Counted from the stretch's first letter, positions 25,717-35,372 are shown. The stretch: 64,000 nucleotides of DNA from an uncultured Acidobacteriota bacterium (GCA_963789815.1 CAWBMG010000013.1:729569-793568); one strand, 5' to 3'. Numbers and translations: made by a program. Notes: generated from the letters alone by a model not told the origin.

Positions 25717-27090
25717 CTAGTGCGCTACGGTTACCTCTGCGCTTCTCTTGCCGATGTCTCGCCCCATCACATACATCAACGCGAATATCGTTATCGTCGA
25801 GATCAGAGCTGGAACAGCGGCGGCCAGGAAGAGCTGCTGCGGCCCCCATTGTCGTCCCAGTAGCACGCCGCCGATGTACGGCCCCACGATGGCGCCGATG
25901 CGTCCGACACCGAGCGCAGCGCCAATGCCGGTGGACCGGAGATACGTGGGATAAAACGTCGCTTCGAGCGTGTTCATGCCCGGCTGGCCACCGATCACGC
26001 ACCAGCCGGCGACGAAGACGATCACGCACAGCAGGCCGAGGCTGATGCCCGGCTGTCCGATGAAGGCGATGCTGAGGGTCGCGAGCGCAAATGTCAGCGT
26101 GAGCATCGGCAGGAATCCCCGGCGGGCGATGAGCCACGCCAGACCGAACGTGCCGATCGTGCCGCCGACCTGCAAGAGCGTTCCCACGAGCACCGCAGTC
26201 TGTGTGCTGTAGCCCATGCCGGTGACGACAGTGGGAAGCCAGTTGGAGAGAGAGTAGAGGTTCAGCAGGTTCATGAAGTTGACGATCCACAGTAGGACCG
26301 TGGCCAAGCCTCGTCCTTCCCGAAACAGATGAACGAGCGGCACACCGGCTCGGCTCGCCTCATTCGCGACGTAACGAGTCTTGGCGTCAACACGCATCGA
26401 AGGGTCGAGCTTTTTGAGCCAGCGCGCCAACTGGTCGAGCCGTGTCCTCCTGACCGCAAGAAACTGGAGCGACTCGGGCAAGCCCCAGATCATCGCCAAC
26501 GCGATGACGAGCGGGATCGAGCCGCCGAAAATGAACACCGAGCGCCAGCCGAACGCGGGAATCAACCACGCGGCGACGAATCCACCGATCGCCGCGCCCG
26601 CCGTGAACCCCACCGTGATGCACATGGTCAGCGTTACGCGGCTGCGCTTGGGGCTGAACTCGCCGACCAGTGCGGTGGCATTCGGGATGATGCCGCCGAG
26701 GCCCACGCCCGCAATGAGACGGATCCAGAGAAGTTGCTGAACGTTCTCCGCGAACGTGGTCACGATCGTCATGACCGAAAAGAACAACGTGGCGCCGATG
26801 AGGACCGGTCGTCGTCCGATTTTGTCGGACAGCATGCTGAATCCGATCGATCCAAACAGCACTCCGAGATTCCCCGCGGCGAAGACCGGGCCGAGCAGCG
26901 ATCCGGCGATTCCCCACTCGCGGATGACCGCGGGGGCTGTGTAGCCCAATGCCTGGACGTCGAAGCCGTCCATGATGAGGCACAGCATGCTGAGCGTGAA
27001 CACGCGCACGTGGAGAGGGCCGATCGGGCTGTTTTCCAGAATCTCGCTGAGATTGACCGTTTCGGCCGCGCGGCCCGGCGTGTTCATCAT
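25717..27090 (-). CDS. MFS transporter, aromatic acid:H+ symporter (PcaK/AAHS-like)
   Basis: DGFDVQALGYTAPAVIREWG, LSDKIGRRPVL and 12 TM segments fit the AAHS family pattern. Confidence 0.85.
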   Translation of the reverse strand: MMNTPGRAAETVNLSEILENSPIGPLHVRVFTLSMLCLIMDGFDVQALGYTAPAVIREWGIAGSLLGPVFAAGNLGVLFGSIGFSMLSDKIGRRPVLIGATLFFSVMTIVTTFAENVQQLLWIRLIAGVGLGGIIPNATALVGEFSPKRSRVTLTMCITVGFTAGAAIGGFVAAWLIPAFGWRSVFIFGGSIPLVIALAMIWGLPESLQFLAVRRTRLDQLARWLKKLDPSMRVDAKTRYVANEASRAGVPLVHLFREGRGLATVLLWIVNFMNLLNLYSLSNWLPTVVTGMGYSTQTAVLVGTLLQVGGTIGTFGLAWLIARRGFLPMLTLTFALATLSIAFIGQPGISLGLLCVIVFVAGWCVIGGQPGMNTLEATFYPTYLRSTGIGAALGVGRIGAIVGPYIGGVLLGRQWGPQQLFLAAAVPALISTITIFALMYVMGRDIGKRSAEVTVAH

Positions 27091-27195
27091 GCGCTCCTAG
27101 GCGTGTGAGGTGGGCTGTCGGGGTGTTATGTCAGTGCTAAGATTCACGACGTGCGAAGTATACTCGGCACCCGGATTCTCCTTCGCGAGGGTTCC

Positions 27196-28161
27196 ATGAA
27201 GTACGTCATGCGAGCCGCTATCACTGGGTACGCTTTCCTGGCGGCGACGCTCCTGAGCGTTCCCGCATCGGCTCAAGTCGACTTGGCAGGTGAGTGGGCT
27301 CCTGTGCGCGGCGAGGACAACACGGGCAACCCGGAGCTTGGCGATTGGGTCGGGATCCCGATGAACGATGCGTCACGTCTGCGGTCGTCCGCGTGGGACG
27401 CATCCATCTACACTTTGCCAGAGTGGCAGTGCCGCCCGCACGGCAGCGCCTACATCTCGAGGGGACCTTCGCAGCTCAAGATCTGGAAGGAAGTCGATCC
27501 GGTTTCACGAGAGACCTCGGCTTGGCATTTCGAGTGGCTCCGATCCGTCGATCGCCCCATCTACATGGACGGGCGTCCGCATCCGTCAGCGAACGCCGCG
27601 CACACATGGGCGGGGTTCTCGACCGGCGAGTGGATGGGCAACACGCTCCGCGTTCGCGTGACCCATCTGAAAGAGGAGTATCTGCGGCGCAACGGGGTGT
27701 TTCACAGCGACAAGATCGAAGTCACCCAGTATTTGATCCGCCGAGGTAACTACCTCACCTTCGTGGTCGTCGCCTACGACCCGGTCTACCTGACCGAACC
27801 GATCATTCGGAGCACCGAGTACCAACTTGCGCTCAGCCAGCAGCTTCCTCCATACCCGTGCACCGTGGTGACGGAAGTCGATCGACCGAAGGGCGTTGTG
27901 CCCCACTATCTGCCAGGCACGAACCCCGACGTCGCCTGGTTCGCGAATCGTTACAACATTCCGCTCGACGTCATCATGGCTGGCGCCGCAAATATGTATC
28001 CGGAGATTCGAACGAAGATTCCGCGATCGAGGGGCGGCTTCGGGCCCGAGTTGCCTCCGCCCGCCGCCCAGCCAGCCCAGCGTCCTTCGACCCGCCCAGT
28101 GGCACAAGGCTCAGGACGCCCTGAGGCTACCCAAGGGCGCCGCGCCGGAGCGGGGCAATGA
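27196..28161 (+). CDS. uncharacterised secreted protein, paralogue family type B
   Basis: Start at MKYVMRAAITGYAFLAATLLSVPASAQ. Core IYMDGRPHP, GEWMGNTLRVRVTHLKEEYLRRNGVFHSD and DPVYLTEP is related to 29374..30165 and more distantly to type A. Confidence 0.75.
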   Translation: MKYVMRAAITGYAFLAATLLSVPASAQVDLAGEWAPVRGEDNTGNPELGDWVGIPMNDASRLRSSAWDASIYTLPEWQCRPHGSAYISRGPSQLKIWKEVDPVSRETSAWHFEWLRSVDRPIYMDGRPHPSANAAHTWAGFSTGEWMGNTLRVRVTHLKEEYLRRNGVFHSDKIEVTQYLIRRGNYLTFVVVAYDPVYLTEPIIRSTEYQLALSQQLPPYPCTVVTEVDRPKGVVPHYLPGTNPDVAWFANRYNIPLDVIMAGAANMYPEIRTKIPRSRGGFGPELPPPAAQPAQRPSTRPVAQGSGRPEATQGRRAGAGQ

Positions 28162-29315
28162 GGCTCGATGACATCTGCGGGCGCGTTGCGATCCTGGTGG
28201 TCACCGTCGCGACGTTGGTGACGGTACACGCGCAGCAGCCCACCATCCAGCCGTCGAAGCTCGTGCGAGCGCCGATGATTCAATCGCCGCCCGCCGGCGA
28301 AATCGAGACGCTCCCGATTCGCGGCAACCTATACGTGCTGTTCGGTGCGGGTGGAAACATTACGGTGTCGGTTGGCACCGACGGTGTGTTGCTGGTGGAT
28401 GCCGGATTGGCCAACATGACCGACAAGGTGGTGGCGGCCGTCCAGCGGTTGCAGCGAGAGTGGGCCGCAGGCAACGAGCCGAAGCCACTCGGGTGGGGTG
28501 CGGAAACGCGTTCGTCAGTCGTCGATCGTCACATCTCCGCCCCGCCCAAACCCATTCGTTACATCATCAACACGCACATGCATCCCGATCACGTGGGCGG
28601 GAATGAAAAGCTCCGAAACGCCGGCCGCACCTTCACCGGCGGCAACGTGGCTGGCGACATTCGCGACTCGACCGAAGGTGCAGCGATACTGGCGCACGAG
28701 AACGTCCTCATCAGAATGACGCAGAACGGCGAAAGCGTCCCGGCCCCGTCCTCCGACTCGCTGCCGACGGACACGTACTACGTCGACTACTACAAGCTGA
28801 GCCACTACTTCAACGGCGAAGGCGTGCAGTTGATTCACATGCCGAACGCACACACCGATGGCGATTCGATTGTCCATTTCCGCGGAACGGACGTCATCGC
28901 GCTCGGTGACCTGATGTCCACCGAGTCCTATCCAATCGTCGATGTGGCCAGGGGCGGCAACATCAACGGGATCATCGATGCGATGAACAAAGTGCTCGAC
29001 ATGTCGATGGTGGAGTTCCGTCTCGAGGGCGGGACGATGATCGTGCCTGGCCACGGCCGCCTCGTCGACTCGGCAGACGTGGCCTACTACCGCGACATGC
29101 TCACGATCATCCGCGATCGCGTGCAGGACATGGTCAAGAAGGGCATGTCGCTCGAGCAGGTGAAAGCCGCCAAGCCGAGCGGCGACTACGACTCCGAATA
29201 CGGCGCCACCTCCGGTATGTGGACGACCGACATGTTCCTTGAAGCGGTCTTCAAGAGTCTCGACGGCGGCAAGACGCCCCCACCAAAGGCGGGTGGGGCG
29301 GGTAAGGCAAGGTAG
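28158..29315 (+). CDS. secreted MBL-fold metallo-hydrolase
   Basis: ATGA overlap with the upstream stop. N-terminal signal/TM segment. INTHMHPDHVGGN (HxHxDH motif) with later H/D ligands. Confidence 0.85.
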   Translation: MRLDDICGRVAILVVTVATLVTVHAQQPTIQPSKLVRAPMIQSPPAGEIETLPIRGNLYVLFGAGGNITVSVGTDGVLLVDAGLANMTDKVVAAVQRLQREWAAGNEPKPLGWGAETRSSVVDRHISAPPKPIRYIINTHMHPDHVGGNEKLRNAGRTFTGGNVAGDIRDSTEGAAILAHENVLIRMTQNGESVPAPSSDSLPTDTYYVDYYKLSHYFNGEGVQLIHMPNAHTDGDSIVHFRGTDVIALGDLMSTESYPIVDVARGGNINGIIDAMNKVLDMSMVEFRLEGGTMIVPGHGRLVDSADVAYYRDMLTIIRDRVQDMVKKGMSLEQVKAAKPSGDYDSEYGATSGMWTTDMFLEAVFKSLDGGKTPPPKAGGAGKAR

Positions 29316-29373
29316 GGCAGGTGGGTCGCGTAGGGCGGGTCCTGGTTTCTCGGCCCGCCGTCTTCGGACAAGC

Positions 29374-30165
29374 ATGAAACTCTTGTTGCCAATCGTATTG
29401 TCGCTGTCGATCGCCGCGCCTGCTGCGGCGCAGCAGCCTCCGGCCCAAGGTGGGCGCGGCGGCCAAGCGCCTCAAGTTCCCCCAACCGCGCGCGCAAACG
29501 CGCCGCTCGATCTCACTGGCCAATGGGTGTCTCTCGTTACCGACGATTGGCGCTGGCGCATGGTGACGCCTCCGAAAGGTGACGTGCTCTACCTCCCGGT
29601 GAACGAGGCCGGCCGCCAAATGGCGCAGCAATGGGACGCGGCTCGCGACGCAGCCTCGGGTGAGGCCTGCCGCGCCTATGGCGCGGGCGGCATCATGCAC
29701 CTGCCAGGCCGACTCCGCATCTCCTGGGACAACGACAACACGTTGAAGCTCGAAACCGACACGGGCCAGCAGACGCGTGTCTTCGCCTTCGGCAACTCAC
29801 AACCACCAGCCGGTGAGCCCACGTGGCAAGGTTTCTCGGCTGCGGCGTGGGAGGTGCCCGGTGGTGGTGGGCGTGGAGGTCGAGGCCGCGGTGCAGTAGG
29901 TCCCGCGACGCGGCCAGGCTCGTCCCTCCGCGTCACAACGAAGGGGATGCGGTTGGGCTACTACCGCCGGAACGGCGTCCCGTACGGCCCAAACGCCACG
30001 ATGACCGAGTGGTTTACGACAATCACGGAGCCGGATGGCAATACTTATCTCCTGGTGACCAAGATCCTCGAAGACGCGCAGTACATGAATGCGCCGTACG
30101 TTCGAACCGTGCAGTTCAAGAAGGAAGTCAGCACGACGGGGTGGAATCCGACACCATGCAGCTAG
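29374..30165 (+). CDS. uncharacterised secreted protein, paralogue family type B
   Basis: Start at MKLLLPIVLSLSIAAPAAAQQ. LRVTTKGMRLGYYRRNGVPYGPNATMTEWF and YLLVTKILEDAQYMNAPY parallel 27196..28161. Confidence 0.7.
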   Translation: MKLLLPIVLSLSIAAPAAAQQPPAQGGRGGQAPQVPPTARANAPLDLTGQWVSLVTDDWRWRMVTPPKGDVLYLPVNEAGRQMAQQWDAARDAASGEACRAYGAGGIMHLPGRLRISWDNDNTLKLETDTGQQTRVFAFGNSQPPAGEPTWQGFSAAAWEVPGGGGRGGRGRGAVGPATRPGSSLRVTTKGMRLGYYRRNGVPYGPNATMTEWFTTITEPDGNTYLLVTKILEDAQYMNAPYVRTVQFKKEVSTTGWNPTPCS

Positions 30166-30199
30166 CTCCACCTAGCTACCCACCTTAGCAGCACGAAGA

Positions 30200-31111
30200 A
30201 TGAGATTGTGCCGATTTGGAGATGGTCGACTAGGGGTTGTCGAGGGCGCGCTCGTCAGAGACGTGACGCCTGCGCTCGATGTATTGCCCGGCCTGCGCTA
30301 TCCGTTCCCCCGACACGACGTGCTCATCGAGAATCTGAACGACGTGGTTGCGCGCGTCCGCACAATTGCGGCTGACGCCCCGACGATCCCACTCGACGGC
30401 CTCGCGTTGCTCAGTCCGGTCGCCAATCCCGGCAAGCTCATTGCCGCTCCTGTCAACTACCAGAAGCATCTCGATGAAGTTCGCGGCGACGCGCAGCTGC
30501 ACAATAACAACCCTGGCCATACGCTCACGATTCACAACGCTGGGGTCTTCCTGAAAGCCACCAGCTCACTGGTTGGCCCGGGAGAGGGCGTCGTCATTCG
30601 AACCGCCGACCGGCGCACCGATCACGAGATCGAGCTGGCCTTTGTCATCGGCCGCACCGCCTGTCGCGTGTCCCGCAGCGAAGCCATGCAATACGTCGCT
30701 GGATACGCGATTGGGCTCGACATCACGATCCGGGGTTCGGAGGATCGGAGCTTCAGGAAGTCGGCCGATAGCTACAGCGTTCTCGGTCCGTGGCTCGTGA
30801 CCGCTGACGAGATTCCGCAGCCCGGTTTGCTCGATCTCGAGCTGAGCGTCAACGGCGAGCGGCGTCAACAGTCGAACACCAGGTACCTCATTCTCGGTGT
30901 CGCCGAGCTGATCGAGTTGGCGTCTTCGTTCTACACCCTCTATCCGGGCGACGTCGTGTTCACCGGAACACCGGAGGGCGTGAGTCCCATCGAGCCCGGC
31001 GACAAGATCGTCGCGACCATTGCCACGATTGGGACGATGGAGGTCAACGTGCGGGCCACCGACACGAGTGGGGCGTCGGCTGCCGCTGGCGTGGCCACCA
31101 CGTCGGCCTAG
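30200..31111 (+). CDS. FAH-family hydrolase (candidate maleylpyruvate/fumarylpyruvate hydrolase)
   Basis: KLIAAPVNYQKH, DHEIELAFVIG, GYAIGLDITIRG, KSADSYSVLGP and GDVVFTGTPEGV. Sits directly upstream of the gentisate dioxygenase. Confidence 0.8.
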   Translation: MRLCRFGDGRLGVVEGALVRDVTPALDVLPGLRYPFPRHDVLIENLNDVVARVRTIAADAPTIPLDGLALLSPVANPGKLIAAPVNYQKHLDEVRGDAQLHNNNPGHTLTIHNAGVFLKATSSLVGPGEGVVIRTADRRTDHEIELAFVIGRTACRVSRSEAMQYVAGYAIGLDITIRGSEDRSFRKSADSYSVLGPWLVTADEIPQPGLLDLELSVNGERRQQSNTRYLILGVAELIELASSFYTLYPGDVVFTGTPEGVSPIEPGDKIVATIATIGTMEVNVRATDTSGASAAAGVATTSA

Positions 31112-31176
31112 GGGACGGAGCACCAACCAACCAATGGCTACCACCAACCACAAGCTACCAGCTACAGGCTAGACAC

Positions 31177-32247
31177 ATGGAGAGCGCGACTACGACACGA
31201 GCCTACGCCCAGCGACCTGAGCTCACGCCAGAGCGGGAGGCCTTCTATTCGAAATTGGACGCCAAGAGCGCGGCTCCCTTGTGGGAAGTGATGGGCGTGA
31301 TCATCCCGCCTCACCCCACGCCTCAAGCACTGCCGGTGCTCTGGAGCTACGCCGAGTTACGCCCTCTCCTGTTCGAAGCAGGGCAGCTTCTCACGCCACA
31401 GGAGGCGGAACGGCGTGTGCTGATCCTCGAGAACCCGGGCTTGCGAGGAGAATCGCGCGTCACGGGCAGCCTCTACGCGGGTCTGCAATTGATTCTTCCG
31501 GGAGAGACGGCGCGTTGCCATCGCCACGCCGCATCGGCCCTGCGATTCGTCGTCGAAGGAACGGGCGCCTTCACGGCCGTGGAAGGCGAGCGCACGACGA
31601 TGCACCCGGGAGACTTCATCCTCACGCCCTCGTGGACGTATCACGACCATGGGAATCCCGGTGACGAAGCCACGGTCTGGCTCGACGGTCTGGACGTGCC
31701 CATCGTCAACCTGTTCGACGCCAGCTTTGCCGAGCACTTTCCGGGCTACGTGCAACCGAACACAGTTCGTGACGGCGACTCGCTCGTACGGTACGGCGCC
31801 AACATGTTGCCTGTCGACTATACGTCTTCAGGTCTCGCGTCGCCCATCTTCAACTATCCGTACTCGCGGAGCCGCCAAACGCTCGAGGATCTCTATCGCA
31901 ACGGACCGGTGCACGCGAGCCACGGAGTGAAGCTACGATTTGTGAATCCGTCCAACGGCGGCTATCCCATGCCCACCATTGGTGCATTCCTGCAGCTGCT
32001 GCCTGCAGGTTTCAGAGGCGAGCCCCACCGCTCGACCGACGCGACGGTGTTTTCGGTTGTGGAAGGCCGTGGCCGCTCACGAATCGGCGACACGACGTAC
32101 ATGTGGGGCCCTCGCGATATCTTCGTCGTGCCGTCATGGATGAGCGTAGCGCACGAGGCAGACGAGGAGGCCGTGCTGTTCAGCATGTCTGACCGTCCCG
32201 CTCAGCAGACACTCGGACTGTGGAGAGAACAGGTTCCCGCAGTGTGA
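31177..32247 (+). CDS. gentisate 1,2-dioxygenase (bicupin)
   Basis: PLWEVMG, LENPGLRG, LYAGLQLILPGETARCHRHAASALRFVVEG, TMHPGDFILTPSWTYHDHGN and VWLDGLDVP are characteristic GDO motifs. Confidence 0.9.
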   Translation: MESATTTRAYAQRPELTPEREAFYSKLDAKSAAPLWEVMGVIIPPHPTPQALPVLWSYAELRPLLFEAGQLLTPQEAERRVLILENPGLRGESRVTGSLYAGLQLILPGETARCHRHAASALRFVVEGTGAFTAVEGERTTMHPGDFILTPSWTYHDHGNPGDEATVWLDGLDVPIVNLFDASFAEHFPGYVQPNTVRDGDSLVRYGANMLPVDYTSSGLASPIFNYPYSRSRQTLEDLYRNGPVHASHGVKLRFVNPSNGGYPMPTIGAFLQLLPAGFRGEPHRSTDATVFSVVEGRGRSRIGDTTYMWGPRDIFVVPSWMSVAHEADEEAVLFSMSDRPAQQTLGLWREQVPAV

Positions 32248-32255
32248 TCGTGACA

Positions 32256-32335
32256 AATCCCAACTCCCAACTCCCAATTCCCAAAAGTCGGGGTGGGCCC
32301 TGCTTGGGCGTTGGAGGTTGGAAGTTGGGAGTTGC
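32256..32335. repeat. CCAACTCCC/GGGAGTTGG family inverted-repeat element
   Basis: AATCCCAACTCCCAACTCCCAATTCCC is opposed by GGAGGTTGGAAGTTGGGAGTTGCC. Confidence 0.9.
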
Positions 32336-32341
32336 CAAAGC

Positions 32342-33097
32342 ATGAGTGTGCGCACCTACCGAATAGGCCAGATCGTTCCGAGCTCCAACACGACGATGGA
32401 GACGGAGATTCCGGCAATCCTGAGGGCGCGGGAAGCCGTCGAGCCCGAGCGCTTCACGTTTCATTCCAGCCGTATGCGGATGAAGAAGGTGACGAAAGAG
32501 GAGCTCGCGGCGATGGACGCCGACTCCGATCGCTGTGCCGCGGAACTGGCCGATGCGCGCGTCGACGTACTTGGCTATGCATGCCTCGTTGCGATCATGA
32601 GTATGGGCAAGGGGTATCACTGCCAATCGCAGTCGCGGTTGCAGTCGGTGACGGCCAACGAGGGGTCGCCGGCTCCCGTGGTGACCAGCGCCGGCGCGTT
32701 GGTGGATGGTCTGAAGGTGCTCGGCGCGAAACGTATCGCGATGGTCGCTCCGTACATGAAGCCGCTTACGCAGATGGTGGCCGACTACATCGAGCACGAA
32801 GGTTTCGAGGTGGCAGACGCCATTGCGCTCGAGATTCCGGACAACCTGGAAGTCGGGCGGCAAGACCCGATGGCGCTCGTGGACATCTACAAGCGCCTCA
32901 ATCTGAACAACGTGGACGTCCTTGTTCTTTCCTCGTGCGTGCAGATGCCGTCGCTCGCGGCTGTCCCGATTGTCGAGCGCGAATGCGGCCTGCCGGTCAC
33001 GACGGCCTCAATCAGCACGACCTATCAGATGCTCCAGAAGCTCGGGCTTCGAACGTACGCGCCGGACGCGGGCGCGCTGCTGTCAGGACGATACTAA
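32342..33097 (+). CDS. maiA: maleate cis-trans isomerase (Asp/Glu racemase superfamily)
   Basis: Start at MSVRTYRIGQIVPSSNTTMETE. GYACLVAIM, RIAMVAPY and VLSSCVQMPS carry the two catalytic-Cys contexts typical of maleate isomerase/arylmalonate decarboxylase. Confidence 0.8.
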   Translation: MSVRTYRIGQIVPSSNTTMETEIPAILRAREAVEPERFTFHSSRMRMKKVTKEELAAMDADSDRCAAELADARVDVLGYACLVAIMSMGKGYHCQSQSRLQSVTANEGSPAPVVTSAGALVDGLKVLGAKRIAMVAPYMKPLTQMVADYIEHEGFEVADAIALEIPDNLEVGRQDPMALVDIYKRLNLNNVDVLVLSSCVQMPSLAAVPIVERECGLPVTTASISTTYQMLQKLGLRTYAPDAGALLSGRY

Positions 33098-33102
33098 GTC
33101 GC

Positions 33103-33870
33103 ATGAAACGGTTCTTGAAAGTCCTGAGCGCGATCGTGTCCCTGCTCATTCTCGCGATCGGTGGCCTCGTGGCCGCGACCTTCATGGGGCGGCGAGGAGT
33201 TACTGACGGCCAGGACGTCCACGGCGCCCGAATCGTCGCAGACGGATTCTCGAGCCTGGCGATCGTTCCTGTCGGGGAGCGCGAGGTGCTTCTCGTTGAT
33301 GCGGGACAAGACACTGGAGGCGAAGCGGTTCTTGCCGAGCTTTCGCGACGAGGCCTTTCAGTCGATGCCGTTGCGGCGATTTTCCTCACGCACGGTCACG
33401 CCGATCACACAGGCGCGATCAAGCTCTTCCCGAAGGCACAAGTGATGGCGCTTGAAGCGGAGGTGCCTGTCGTCGAGGGACGGCAGGGGACTCGGGGGCC
33501 GCTGACCCGCTTGTTCCCGGTGAGCCCGACTGGTGTGACGGTGACGCGCCCACTACGCGACGGGGAGACCGTCGCGATCGGCGACGTCTCTGTGCGGGTC
33601 TTTGCCGTCCCTGGGCACACGGTTGGCAGCGCCGCATACCTCATGAACCAGGTGCTGTTTGTGGGTGATTCGGCCGACGTCGCGAGTGACGGTGAGATTC
33701 AGGGGGCGCCGTGGATCTTCAGCGACAACCAGGGAGAGAATCGCGCGTCGCTCCGTCGGATGGTGCAACGGCTTCAGCAGGAAGGCGCTGCCGTGCAGGC
33801 CATCGTTCCCGCACATTCGGGGCCTGTTGAAGGTCTTGCCCCGTTGACGGCGTTCGCACAATCGAACTGA
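33103..33870 (+). CDS. MBL-fold metallo-hydrolase with N-terminal membrane anchor
   Basis: The real gene is the last 255 codons of supplied ORF 32293..33870. MKRFLKVLSAIVSLLILAIGGLV, then LTHGHADHTG and VPGHTVGS. Confidence 0.8.
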   Translation: MKRFLKVLSAIVSLLILAIGGLVAATFMGRRGVTDGQDVHGARIVADGFSSLAIVPVGEREVLLVDAGQDTGGEAVLAELSRRGLSVDAVAAIFLTHGHADHTGAIKLFPKAQVMALEAEVPVVEGRQGTRGPLTRLFPVSPTGVTVTRPLRDGETVAIGDVSVRVFAVPGHTVGSAAYLMNQVLFVGDSADVASDGEIQGAPWIFSDNQGENRASLRRMVQRLQQEGAAVQAIVPAHSGPVEGLAPLTAFAQSN

Positions 33871-33919
33871 GCATCACTTCGCGGGCCGAAAAGTGCATCG
33901 GCCTCGTCCAAGAAGAGGG

Positions 33920-35245
33920 TCAGCGTTCCGCGATGGCGTACAGGTTCTTGTAGCCGCGCAAATACATGACGTTGTCGACGAGCGCCGGGGACGCGTCGAA
34001 CCCGTCGTTGAGCGCGTTGCTCGCGAGCACTTCGAACGTGGACCCGTTGCGGATGACGACTGTCGTGCCGTCGCGCCCTGGGAAGTACACGCGGCCGCGC
34101 GCGCCCACAGGCGAGGCAAAGACGTTGGGGACACCATCGAGTCGCTGGAGAGTGTAGTGAGGCTTGCCGCTCTTGGCGTCGAAGGCCGAAAGAATCCCGG
34201 AGTTGGACTTCAGGAAGTAGAGAACACCGTCGTACAGGATTGGTGAGGGGACGTACGGCGTGTCGCGATTGAGCGTCCAGAGAATCGCTCCGGTGCCGTC
34301 GATGTCTCCCTTCGCCTCGGCCACACGGATCGCCTTGAGGTCGTTCCCTTGGAAGCCGCTCATGAGATACACGATGCCGTCCTCGGTGACGGGAGATGGA
34401 ATCGGATTCATGGTGAGTCCATCGCTCTCCCACACGACGCTGCCAGTTTCGAGATCGTAGCTGCGCGTGCGCTGCATGGCCGGCACGACCACCTGAGGCC
34501 GCCCGTTCACCTCCACCACCAGGGGCGTCGCCCACGTGTCGATCTCTTTGCGGGGCACGCGCCACAACTCCTTGCCGTCACGAGCATCGAGCGCCGCGAC
34601 CCACGACTCGCCACCGAGATGGTCCCAGACCACGACGAGCGTGTCGCGGTGTAGCACAGGCGTAGAGCCTTCGCCGAATTGGTTGCGCATCCGCTTGTCG
34701 CCGAGATCCTTTTCCCAGATCGGCGTCCCGTTCATGTCGTAGGCATAGAGGCCGAACGACTCGAAGTAGGCAAAGACGCGCTGGCCATCGGTGATCGGCG
34801 AGCCGGACGCCCAGGTGCCATTTTCAAAATGCGTCCCCTCGTGCGGCTCCTGTTCCCGGGCCACACGCTCCCACATCGTCTTGCCAGTCCTGCGATCCAG
34901 TGCCATCACGACGAAGCGGTGCATCCCACGCTGCTGCACGCCGCCGCGCGGTTGGTGTTGAGCATCGCCAATGACACCAACAGGCACGGCGCTCGTCACA
35001 AACAGATGGTTACCCCATACGACGGGCGAGGAGGAACCCCGCCCGGGGATCTCGACCTTCCACAGAATGTTTTGTGTTTCGCTCCATGTCGTTGGAGGGT
35101 TTGCCGTGTTCGACACGCCCTTCGCGTACGGGCCGCGCCACTGCGCCCAATAGCGCTCGGCGTCGGAGCTCTGTGCTCCAGCCAGCGAGCCCAGCATCAG
35201 GGTGATGCTCACGGCGGTCAGAGTGGTTCCTCGGGTGCCAGACAT
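33920..35245 (-). CDS. PQQ-like beta-propeller repeat protein (BamB/PQQ_2-like), secreted
   Basis: Start at MSGTRGTTLTAVSITLMLGSLAGAQ. RYWAQWRGPYAKG N-motif, followed by repeated propeller blades. Confidence 0.85.
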   Translation of the reverse strand: MSGTRGTTLTAVSITLMLGSLAGAQSSDAERYWAQWRGPYAKGVSNTANPPTTWSETQNILWKVEIPGRGSSSPVVWGNHLFVTSAVPVGVIGDAQHQPRGGVQQRGMHRFVVMALDRRTGKTMWERVAREQEPHEGTHFENGTWASGSPITDGQRVFAYFESFGLYAYDMNGTPIWEKDLGDKRMRNQFGEGSTPVLHRDTLVVVWDHLGGESWVAALDARDGKELWRVPRKEIDTWATPLVVEVNGRPQVVVPAMQRTRSYDLETGSVVWESDGLTMNPIPSPVTEDGIVYLMSGFQGNDLKAIRVAEAKGDIDGTGAILWTLNRDTPYVPSPILYDGVLYFLKSNSGILSAFDAKSGKPHYTLQRLDGVPNVFASPVGARGRVYFPGRDGTTVVIRNGSTFEVLASNALNDGFDASPALVDNVMYLRGYKNLYAIAER

Positions 35246-35267
35246 CGTTCGGGAAACTCCTCCCTGG

Positions 35268-35372
35268 GATTTACGAATCGACGAATTTACGTATTTACGA
35301 ATTGATTGGAGAATTCGCCAGCGACGCATTTCATCGCGATTCGACGATTCGTAGATTCGTCAATTCGTCAAT
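35268..35372. repeat. ACGAAT/ATTCGT family inverted-repeat element overlapping the 3' end of the TPR-like gene
   Basis: TTACGAATCGACGAATTTACGTATTTACGAATTG is opposed by CGATTCGACGATTCGTAGATTCGTCAATTCGTCAAT. Confidence 0.85.

Noticed and set aside
32293-33102. N-terminal 270 codons of the supplied 525-aa ORF 32293..33870
   Set aside because: This part is out of frame with, and overlaps, the well-supported maleate isomerase gene. Only the last 255 codons, from the ATG at 33103, form a coherent MBL-fold protein with its own membrane anchor.
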